From: Phycisphaerae bacterium
GTDB lineage: Bacteria > Planctomycetota > Phycisphaerae > FEN-1346 > JAACEH01
NCBI GenBank assembly: GCA_012729015.1
Contig: JAAYDY010000105.1
Coordinates: 35,296-99,295 of the forward strand
Reading direction: 5' to 3'
DNA: 64,000 nucleotides
In this document: piece by piece, positions 57,152-64,000 of the stretch
Layout: every line of letters begins with the position of its first letter
Numbering within the stretch: position 1 is the stretch's first letter
Notes under the pieces: model-generated
What the model was told of the DNA's origin: nothing
Databases searched by the model: none
What the model saw: the letters and a program-made list of their open reading frames with translations, nothing else
Program-made: the position numbers and the translations under genes

Positions 57152-58993
57152 TCACTCCACCACAATGGCGTCTGCCGGGCATCCGGCCTTGCACATGCCG
57201 CAACGGATACACTTCTCGGCGTCGATTGTGTGCTGCTCGTAAGGTGTCGGTTGAATGGCCTGGACCGGGCATCGCTGGGCACAGCGCGTGCAGCCGATGC
57301 ACGTGTCCGTGACACGATAGGCAATAAGGGCTTTGCATTTGCGTGCCGGGCAGCGGCCCTGGAGATGGGCCTCGTACTCGTCGCGGAAGTAGCGCAGCGT
57401 CGTCAGCACCGGATTCGGCGCCGTCCGCCCCAGCCCGCAGAGGCTGGTGTGTCGCACCTGGTCGCACAGCATCTCCAGATCGTCCAGATCCTCGGGGTGC
57501 CCCTTGCCATCGCACAGCCGCTCGAGGATGTCAAGCATGCGCCGCGTGCCAACGCGGCAGAACGTACACTTGCCGCAGGACTCCTTCTCGGTGAACTCGA
57601 GGAAGAACCGGGCGATGTCCACCATGCAGTCTGAATCATCGAGCACGACAAGGCCGCCGGACCCCATGATGGCGCCAGTGCGGGTGAGCGCCTCGTAGTC
57701 GATAGGCAGGTCGGCCATGGAGGCCGGAATGCAGCCACCCGAAGGCCCGCCGATCTGGACGGCCTTGAAGCGACGTCCCTCGTGCATGCCGCCGCCGATG
57801 TTCTCGACCACGTCGCGAATCGTCGTGCCCATAGGAACTTCGATGAGGCCGCCCCGCCGGATGCGGCCGGCCAGGGCGAACACCTTGGTTCCTTTGCTGC
57901 GCTCGGTGCCGATGGCCGCAAAGGCGGCGGACCCATGGCGCACGATCCACGGCACACAGGCGAACGTCTCGACGTTGTTGACGCTCGTGGGCTTGCCCCA
58001 CAGGCCGCTCTCGGCGGGATAGGGCGGACGGAATCGCGGCATGCCGCGGCGGCCCATGATGGAGGCCATCAGGGCTGTCTCCTCGCCACAGACAAACGCC
58101 CCGGCCCCTTCCATGACATGGAGCCGCAGCGAGAACCCCGTCCCAAGAATACCCTGTCCAAGGTATCCGGCCCGCTCGGCCTGGGCGATCGCCTCGCGGA
58201 GCACTCGGACGGCCAGCGGGTACTCGGCGCGAATGTAGATGTAACCTTCAGCGGCGCCGATAGCGTAGGCGGCAATGGCCATGCCCTCGATGACCCGTTG
58301 CGGGTCGCTTTCGAGGACGAGCCGGTCCATGAACGCTCCGGGGTCGCCCTCGTCGGCGTTGCAGACGACGTAGCGCGTCGAGTCCTGCTGACTCCGGGCG
58401 GTGGCCCACTTCAGGCCGGTCGGATACCCGCCGCCACCGCGGCCGCGCAAGCCGGACTGGGTGACGGCGTCGATCACCTGCTGCGGCGTCATGTCGGCAA
58501 CGCACCGCCGCAGGGCCGCATACCCTCCGCGGGCCAGGTACTCGTCGATACACAGCGGGTCGATCTGGCCGCAGTTCTCGAGGACGATGAGTTTCTGTTC
58601 GCCGGCTTGTCCGGCTTCCGTCGCGGACTCTGGATGGGCCGCAAATGGCTTGACCGACACCCACGCCTCGTCCGACAGCAGCAGGTCCGCCATGCGGCCC
58701 GCCCAGGCCATGGCTTTGCCCACCATGCCCCTGGGCGTCACGCAGTCGCGCACGATGCGGCGCGCCTCGGCCGGCCTCACGCCGCCGAACACTTGGCGAC
58801 GGCCGTCCGTGGAAACCACTTCGACGATGGGCTCCTGGTGGCACAGGCCGCTGCATCCGACGGCCTTCACCGGAACGTGCAGACCATGGCGACGGGCGGC
58901 CTCATGCACGGCTTCATGCACCGGCCGTCCGCCGCTGGCGATGCCGCAGGTGGCCAGGCCGACACGAATCTCCTTGACGTTGTGATCGCTCAT
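57152..58993 (-). CDS. NuoF-like NADH-binding flavoprotein subunit (second copy)
   Basis: GRGGGGYPTGLKW, CNADEGDPGAF, ESCGKCTFCR. N-terminal thioredoxin-like 2Fe-2S and C-terminal 2x[4Fe-4S]. Confidence 0.85.
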   Translation of the reverse strand: MSDHNVKEIRVGLATCGIASGGRPVHEAVHEAARRHGLHVPVKAVGCSGLCHQEPIVEVVSTDGRRQVFGGVRPAEARRIVRDCVTPRGMVGKAMAWAGRMADLLLSDEAWVSVKPFAAHPESATEAGQAGEQKLIVLENCGQIDPLCIDEYLARGGYAALRRCVADMTPQQVIDAVTQSGLRGRGGGGYPTGLKWATARSQQDSTRYVVCNADEGDPGAFMDRLVLESDPQRVIEGMAIAAYAIGAAEGYIYIRAEYPLAVRVLREAIAQAERAGYLGQGILGTGFSLRLHVMEGAGAFVCGEETALMASIMGRRGMPRFRPPYPAESGLWGKPTSVNNVETFACVPWIVRHGSAAFAAIGTERSKGTKVFALAGRIRRGGLIEVPMGTTIRDVVENIGGGMHEGRRFKAVQIGGPSGGCIPASMADLPIDYEALTRTGAIMGSGGLVVLDDSDCMVDIARFFLEFTEKESCGKCTFCRVGTRRMLDILERLCDGKGHPEDLDDLEMLCDQVRHTSLCGLGRTAPNPVLTTLRYFRDEYEAHLQGRCPARKCKALIAYRVTDTCIGCTRCAQRCPVQAIQPTPYEQHTIDAEKCIRCGMCKAGCPADAIVVE

Positions 58994-59499
58994 CGGCCCG
59001 ACTCCTTCCGCACCTTGTCGATGATCATGGTGGCCTTGTGCGGCGTGAGCTTGCCGTAGGTCACATCGTCAATCGTCATGCACGGCGCCAGCGAGCAGCA
59101 GCCGAGGCAAGGGACCTTCTCGATGGTGAAGAGCCGGTCGGCGTCGGTGTCTTCGTGGTCGTCGTCGATGCCCAGGTGGCGGCGGAGCGCCTCGGTAATC
59201 AGCGGTGCCCCGGCCACGTGACAGGCGGTGCCGTGACAGACGCGAACCATGTGCCGGCCGACAGGCTTGTGACGGAACTGGCTATAAAACGTCGAGACGC
59301 CGGCGATCTGAGCCGCCGTAATCTCCGTCGTACGGCAGACGTGCTCCAGGGCCTCTTGCGGCAGATATCGGAAATGCGACTGAATCGCCTGAAGAATCGG
59401 TATCGCTGCGTCGGCGGTCGTCCCCGTCCGGCGCACAATATTGTCCACCGCCGCCAGGTCGATCGGCTCGTCCACGGGTTGTCGTTTCGCCTTGGTCAT
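58990..59499 (-). CDS. NuoE-like 2Fe-2S subunit (second copy)
   Basis: VCHGTACHVAG…CLGCCSLAP thioredoxin-like ferredoxin. 4-nt overlap with the downstream NuoF-like gene. Confidence 0.85.
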   Translation of the reverse strand: MTKAKRQPVDEPIDLAAVDNIVRRTGTTADAAIPILQAIQSHFRYLPQEALEHVCRTTEITAAQIAGVSTFYSQFRHKPVGRHMVRVCHGTACHVAGAPLITEALRRHLGIDDDHEDTDADRLFTIEKVPCLGCCSLAPCMTIDDVTYGKLTPHKATMIIDKVRKESGR

Positions 59500-59511
59500 G
59501 CAAACGCCTCG

Positions 59512-61707
59512 TCACTTGCCGATGCAGAACAGCCTTTTCTCGCCGCGAATGAGAATCCGGCCCCCGACAAACGCCGGTGACGCGTGTGTCCTCTCTCCCA
59601 CCTTGCACGTGCTTTTGAGCGCAAAGACATCCGCGAAGTCGAAGAGGAACATGTCGCCCTCGAGGCTGGGCAGGTACACCGTGTCTCCGACCAACGACGG
59701 TGACGGAGTCATGGACGTCTGGAAGTCGTGCTGCCAGAGAATCCTGCCGTCGGTGGCCCCATAGCAGACCGCCGCCCCGTAGTTGTGGACGTGAAGATAG
59801 CGATGCTCGTCGGCCAGCGGACTGACGATGTTCGGCAGGTCCGTCTGGTCCTTCCAGAGAACATGGGTTTCCGTCACGTCGCCGGCACCCCCTGCCCTGA
59901 TGGCCGCCACGCGGCTGTACTCGTTGGCTACGAAGACGACGCCGCCTGCGACCACCGGACTCGGACCGACCTCGCCGTCGATGACAGCGGCTCGCCACAG
60001 TTCGGCTCCGGTGGCCGGGGCATACGCGATGACGAGCGGCGCAGCCGCTGTGATCAGTTCGTCCCGGTCGCCGACCCGGGCGATGACGGGCGTGCTCCAT
60101 GCGGAGCGCACCGGCCGCACCGTCTCCCAGATCACGCGTCCCGTGGAGGTGTCCATGGCCAGGATGGACGACTTCTCCTCGGTCGGTTCGATGCCCTGGT
60201 CAAACTGAAGAATGACCGTGTTCCTGTACGGAACCAGCGACGAGGCCAGTCCGTAGGGAGTGTCGGGCTCGCCGAGATTGATGGACCACTTCTGCCTGCC
60301 GTCGTGACCGACGGCGGCGACATCGGCGTTGGCGAACGTCACGTAGACGCCGCGGGCATCCACGGCTGCCGTCGGAGCGGCCAGGCCGGTGTCGGGAAAC
60401 GCCTCCACCTTCTTGCCGGCCATGGGACTGTTGGGCGGAGACTTGACCTGCGTTCTCCACAGCACGCTTCCGTCGAGGAGGCTGAAGCAGTGAAGCCAAT
60501 TGCGGTCGGCGTCGGCACTGGTCAGGTAGACGTGGTCGCCCCAGACCACGGGCGAACTGTTGCCGTCGGCGGGGATGCCCTTGTCGGGGTCGCCGATGGG
60601 AACCGCCCAGAGAATTCCGTTGCCGGTCGCGGCGTCCCATTCCGTGGGCCACTGGCCGTCGGGAACAAGGCCGCAGCCCGTGGGTCCGCGGAATCGCGGC
60701 CACGTGAGCGTGACGGCGGCGGGATCCTCCCCGGCGCCGTCGGCGCTCCCAGCGTCGCTCGACAGCCGGACCGTCGGGACGACGAGAGCCATGGCCACCG
60801 CGGCCGCGGCGAGCACGCCGGCGCCATAGGTCACGGCACGCGAGTTTCTACGGGCCACGACCTCCCAGTCGGGCTCTTCCGCACCGGCGTCCAGCGGCGG
60901 CCCCGCCGGTCCATGGCCAAGCCAGACATACCCGTGGAAACAGACGACCGCAAGCACCACGCCCGCCAGCAGCAACCACCGCCCGACGGCCATCTGCCGG
61001 CCGCGAGCGAAGAAGTCACGCCGAAGGGCGGCATCCTCGTTGCGAATGGCCTCCATGACGAGTTCGTCATCGGGCGACTCGACGAGCTGTCGCTGAAGAT
61101 CGGCCATGCGAGGCGGATTCTGCCAGAGGAGATCGTAGGCCGAGGTGTAGTTGCGCAACATCGTGGCCAGGATGATCGCCGAGAACGTAGCGGCCAGAAT
61201 GCCCAGGGACATAAGCATGGGACGCATCAGCGGCGCGGAAGGACGTCGGCGCACGCCGGCGGCCCATCGGGACAGGCCAGACATCCCGCGAGCCCACCAT
61301 GTGGCCCCTTGCTTCCATGCCAGGTGCTCGCGAGGACAGGCCGCGAAGCATCGTCCGCAACTGACGCACATCCCTCGTTCGATCTGGAACCCCTTGTGCA
61401 GCGGCACACGTGCCATGGCCGCCGCCTTCAGCGCCGCCACCACGCCGCACCAGAATCCGAGCAGGGCGCAGCCGATACGGAACCGCCGGACGATGGCCGT
61501 GGCCTCGTTTCGCAACAGCTCTTCGTCACCTCCCTGCATGCGAAAGGCGCGCACCTCGAACGTGTCGGCGGCTTCGGGCGTCGCCGACGCCGGACCGAGG
61601 ACCAGCTCGGCCAAGGCCACCGTGCGGTGGCTGCGCGCGGGCACGTGGCCGGCCATCCAGCCCGCTGCTGCCAGCACCAGCGGCAACGCCGCCAGAAGAA
61701 TTCGCAT
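59512..61707 (-). CDS. Membrane-anchored protein with a 4Fe-4S ferredoxin motif and a C-terminal PQQ/BamB-type beta-propeller domain
   Basis: TM helices flank CVSCGRCFAACP. The C-terminal ~400 aa has repeated hydrophobic-Y/W-G motifs typical of PQQ-like propellers (…HVYLTSADADRNWLHCFSLLDGSVLWR…). Start uncertain (ORF extends to 61770). Confidence 0.55.
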   Translation of the reverse strand: MRILLAALPLVLAAAGWMAGHVPARSHRTVALAELVLGPASATPEAADTFEVRAFRMQGGDEELLRNEATAIVRRFRIGCALLGFWCGVVAALKAAAMARVPLHKGFQIERGMCVSCGRCFAACPREHLAWKQGATWWARGMSGLSRWAAGVRRRPSAPLMRPMLMSLGILAATFSAIILATMLRNYTSAYDLLWQNPPRMADLQRQLVESPDDELVMEAIRNEDAALRRDFFARGRQMAVGRWLLLAGVVLAVVCFHGYVWLGHGPAGPPLDAGAEEPDWEVVARRNSRAVTYGAGVLAAAAVAMALVVPTVRLSSDAGSADGAGEDPAAVTLTWPRFRGPTGCGLVPDGQWPTEWDAATGNGILWAVPIGDPDKGIPADGNSSPVVWGDHVYLTSADADRNWLHCFSLLDGSVLWRTQVKSPPNSPMAGKKVEAFPDTGLAAPTAAVDARGVYVTFANADVAAVGHDGRQKWSINLGEPDTPYGLASSLVPYRNTVILQFDQGIEPTEEKSSILAMDTSTGRVIWETVRPVRSAWSTPVIARVGDRDELITAAAPLVIAYAPATGAELWRAAVIDGEVGPSPVVAGGVVFVANEYSRVAAIRAGGAGDVTETHVLWKDQTDLPNIVSPLADEHRYLHVHNYGAAVCYGATDGRILWQHDFQTSMTPSPSLVGDTVYLPSLEGDMFLFDFADVFALKSTCKVGERTHASPAFVGGRILIRGEKRLFCIGK

Positions 61708-61721
61708 GACCCTCTTCACGA

Positions 61722-62579
61722 TCACGCGTCCTCCTCGGTCGTAGCCGGGCGGATCGCCCCGAACGGACACGCGTCTTCACAGAGGCGGCAGTTCACGCAC
61801 TCGTCGGGCGTGATGGTCACGTGCTTCCAGGCCACGCGACTGCACAAGCCGAGGAGTGCCCCGTACGGGCACAGGAACCGGCAGTAGGGACGTCCCACGA
61901 ATGTGGAGACGATCAACAGAACGCCGCCGAGGATCATGACCGGGAGATTGCCGTCGAGCCGGAAGAAACCGACGAAGGGGTCCCAGCGACACACGATGAA
62001 GAAACTGTCGGTGGCGGCCATGAGGATGGCCGCGCCGAGGTAGACGAAGGGGACCAGGCCCAGGACCGACTGGAGCCACAGGGGCACGCGCAGCGGCCGG
62101 ATGAGGACCAGATCCTGGATGGCCCCGAGCGGACACACGCCGCTGCAGAACACCCGGCCGAAGAGCAAGGCGAAGACAACGGGCAGCGCGAAGATGAACA
62201 CCACGGAGACCGGCAGCGTGTAATCGGCGTCGGCCAGCGCGAGCGTTACGTTCTGAATCGAGCCGATCGGGCACACGCAACCCCCGAGATAGAAGCCGAA
62301 GTAGACGAGCGACGCCACGGCCAGCCAGCGGATCGCGGTGCGGCTTCGCAGGCGCAGAGAGAACCATGTGCTGAGGGCGAGCCCGGTCGCCAGTGCGGCC
62401 ACGTGGACCCTATCCATCCACGGCGGCAACCGCAACGGCCGCTGGTCGAGCTCGGGCAACTGGTGCCCCGAGTAGAAGTCCGGCGGCGGAAACCGCTCGA
62501 TGGCCCACGCATCGGCGGCGCACACAGCCGCCGCCAGCAGCGCCATCGCCACCAGGACAACGCGTCGGCGAGAGCTCAT
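61722..62579 (-). CDS. NapH/MauN-type membrane polyferredoxin
   Basis: TM-embedded GGCVCPIGS and CSGVCPLGA (Cx3CP) motifs plus a C-terminal 2x[4Fe-4S] (CRFLCPYGA, CVNCRLCEDACP). ATG 62579 preceded by GGAGG. Confidence 0.7.
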   Translation of the reverse strand: MSSRRRVVLVAMALLAAAVCAADAWAIERFPPPDFYSGHQLPELDQRPLRLPPWMDRVHVAALATGLALSTWFSLRLRSRTAIRWLAVASLVYFGFYLGGCVCPIGSIQNVTLALADADYTLPVSVVFIFALPVVFALLFGRVFCSGVCPLGAIQDLVLIRPLRVPLWLQSVLGLVPFVYLGAAILMAATDSFFIVCRWDPFVGFFRLDGNLPVMILGGVLLIVSTFVGRPYCRFLCPYGALLGLCSRVAWKHVTITPDECVNCRLCEDACPFGAIRPATTEEDA

Positions 62580-63163
62580 CCGCCCTCCTTCTGCCGTCCG
62601 AGATGCTTGACGACATACGGGCGGTCGGCCGGTACGCGCATGAAGGCGTCGGACGGGCACTGGGCCGCGATGGCGCACTGGTTGCAGTTCAGACAGCGGT
62701 CCTGGCGCACCTGGAGGTAGAGCGATCCGTTGCCGTAGTCGGTGCAGCCCTTGACGCAGATGCCACAACCGGTACACAGCAACTCGTCGATGTGGTACTC
62801 GAAGTACGGTTCCTCGACGAAGCGGCGGATGATGGCGCCTGCCGGGCATAGTTGGTTCTCGGCCCCGGTCTCCAGCCTGTTGGGCTCTGGATGGAAGAAG
62901 CCGGTACACAGGTCGCAGTAGCCGCACATGGCGAAATCGTGTACGCACTTGACCGCCGAGTCTTCGAGGACACATGCCGTGCGACAGTTCCCGCACTGGA
63001 TGCACTTGAAGGGATCGATCTGCCAGAGGTCGTCCTTGGCGCGGACCCTGCCGGCTGCGGCAACACCGACGCCGGCAACGCCGACGCCGAGCAGGCCGCG
63101 AGCGATACCGCCGAGGAACCCGCGGCGCGTCAGGGCCGGATTGGCTGTGCGATCGTCGCTCAT
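62576..63163 (-). CDS. NapG-like periplasmic ferredoxin with Tat signal (4x[4Fe-4S])
   Basis: Twin-arginine motif TRRGFLGG. Four Cys clusters (CIQCGNCRTAC, CGYCDLC, CTGCGICVKGC, CLNCNQCAIAAQC). ATGA overlap with the downstream gene. Confidence 0.7.
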   Translation of the reverse strand: MSDDRTANPALTRRGFLGGIARGLLGVGVAGVGVAAAGRVRAKDDLWQIDPFKCIQCGNCRTACVLEDSAVKCVHDFAMCGYCDLCTGFFHPEPNRLETGAENQLCPAGAIIRRFVEEPYFEYHIDELLCTGCGICVKGCTDYGNGSLYLQVRQDRCLNCNQCAIAAQCPSDAFMRVPADRPYVVKHLGRQKEGG

Positions 63164-63507
63164 CAGTTGGCCATCCTGCCGTTCGGACCGGCGTCGAAGG
63201 CGCGACGTCCCTGGTCGCACAGGGCGTCCCGTAGCCCGGCCTCGCCGTACCGGGACCTGCGGACCGGAGTCACCAGACCCAGGCCCCTGCTCCGCTGTTG
63301 TTCGGCCTCGGGCAGGCGGCACGACTCGAACGCTCCGCAACGAGTGCACCGTGCCGTCGCCGGTCCGCCGGCCATCGGCCGCCGCAGGCCACGAGCGACC
63401 AGCCGCACCGCCGCAGCCCCGATCAGGGCCAGACCCGTCCAACGGGCCGCGCTGACCAGCACGTCGCGCCGCGTGAGCCTACGGAAGATGCCGCGAGGAG
63501 CCGTCAT
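63163..63507 (-). CDS. Small hypothetical protein with possible Tat-like signal
   Basis: RRLTRRDVLVSAARWTGLALIGAAA N-terminus. Stop overlaps the NapG-like start. Weak support. Confidence 0.2.
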   Translation of the reverse strand: MTAPRGIFRRLTRRDVLVSAARWTGLALIGAAAVRLVARGLRRPMAGGPATARCTRCGAFESCRLPEAEQQRSRGLGLVTPVRRSRYGEAGLRDALCDQGRRAFDAGPNGRMAN

Positions 63508-64000
63508 CCTTCCTCCGCCATACGCTCGAACACAAGCACCGCCCCCTGCGCCGGATCGACCACGAACACTCGGCCTCCTGCGTCAACGGCCAGGTCCATG
63601 CCGGCGCTGGCCGGGGCGAAGAACTCCGTGCCGATGATCCCCAGGGCCTGCCCCTGGCGGTCGCTGACTTTGACGCGCGGCGACCGGCCCTTTTCGGCAG
63701 TGACGACGTAACCGTCGGCCGACAGTGCCAGGTTCGTCGGGTTGCAGCACCCGGGGAACCGGTTCGGCGCCGTCCCTTGCCCGCCCCAGTACCCAAGGCG
63801 CTCGCCGCCGCGGCTGTAGCGCTCGACGCGCCAATAGCCAGGATTTGTGATCATCACCTCGCCGTCCGTGCCTGCGGCCACATCCATGTACGGACTGGGA
63901 CAGAGAATCCGCGGCTGCCCCGTCGTCTCGTCCCGACCGGCAATGCTGTCCACCAGGTCGCCCGTCACGTCGAAATGGTGCAAGGCACGATTCCCAGCGT
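63504..64000 (-). CDS. NHL-repeat / six-bladed beta-propeller protein (partial, start beyond window end)
   Basis: Repeated …DGxVYVxDxxNxRVxxF-like blades. ORF is open to the window edge. Confidence 0.4.
   Translation of the reverse strand, partial: AGNRALHHFDVTGDLVDSIAGRDETTGQPRILCPSPYMDVAAGTDGEVMITNPGYWRVERYSRGGERLGYWGGQGTAPNRFPGCCNPTNLALSADGYVVTAEKGRSPRVKVSDRQGQALGIIGTEFFAPASAGMDLAVDAGGRVFVVDPAQGAVLVFERMAEEG

Noticed and set aside
1-64000. Search for CRISPR repeats, IS elements, integrases and tRNA/rRNA genes
   Set aside because: No direct-repeat/spacer periodicity, transposase or integrase-like ORFs, or tRNA cloverleaf-like conserved segments were recognised. The window appears to be core chromosome.

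Overview
This is a high-GC (~68%) bacterial chromosomal window, densely coding, with no rRNA/tRNA, CRISPR array or mobile element detected. The gene content suggests an anaerobe, possibly of the PVC superphylum (e.g. Phycisphaerae); that placement is a low-confidence guess. The window is a redox and hydrogenase island. In order it carries: (1) a six-subunit Group-4-hydrogenase/complex-I-like membrane module whose large subunit lacks the canonical NiFe-ligating cysteines (Ehr-like), preceded by an HTH-EIIA(Ntr)-type regulator. (2) A small LPS-related cluster (lipid kinase, kdsA, cupin, glycoside-hydrolase-like lipoprotein). (3) A 10-gene type IV pilus / T2SS-like operon: secretin, TPR lipoprotein, three large pseudopilins, GspL/M-like proteins, PilT-like and GspE-like ATPases, and GspF. 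(4) An 11-gene minus-strand operon, the most interesting region: rex, then hydC-hydB-hydA (a trimeric NuoE/NuoF-linked [FeFe] hydrogenase), then a HydS-type sensory [FeFe]-hydrogenase domain fused directly to a histidine kinase, then a CheY-like response regulator, a hybrid receiver/kinase, and hydE-hydG-(aspA-like)-hydF maturases. (5) Divergent from rex, a Hox-type NAD-linked [NiFe] hydrogenase operon (hoxF-U-Y-H-W) followed by a second CheY-like regulator. The intervening 950-bp intergenic region has two Rex operator palindromes. (6) A MetV-MetF methylene-THF reductase preceded by a GltD/NfnB-like flavoprotein fused to ferredoxin and a cysteine-less MvhD-like domain. (7) A Stn/Nfn-like NuoE-NuoF-(2Fe2S-NfnB-like) module. 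(8) A NapG/NapH-like polyferredoxin pair next to a membrane-anchored Fe-S plus PQQ-type beta-propeller protein. Many long Arg/Pro/Gly-rich ORFs in the six-frame track are antisense or frame artefacts of the high GC content and were rejected.
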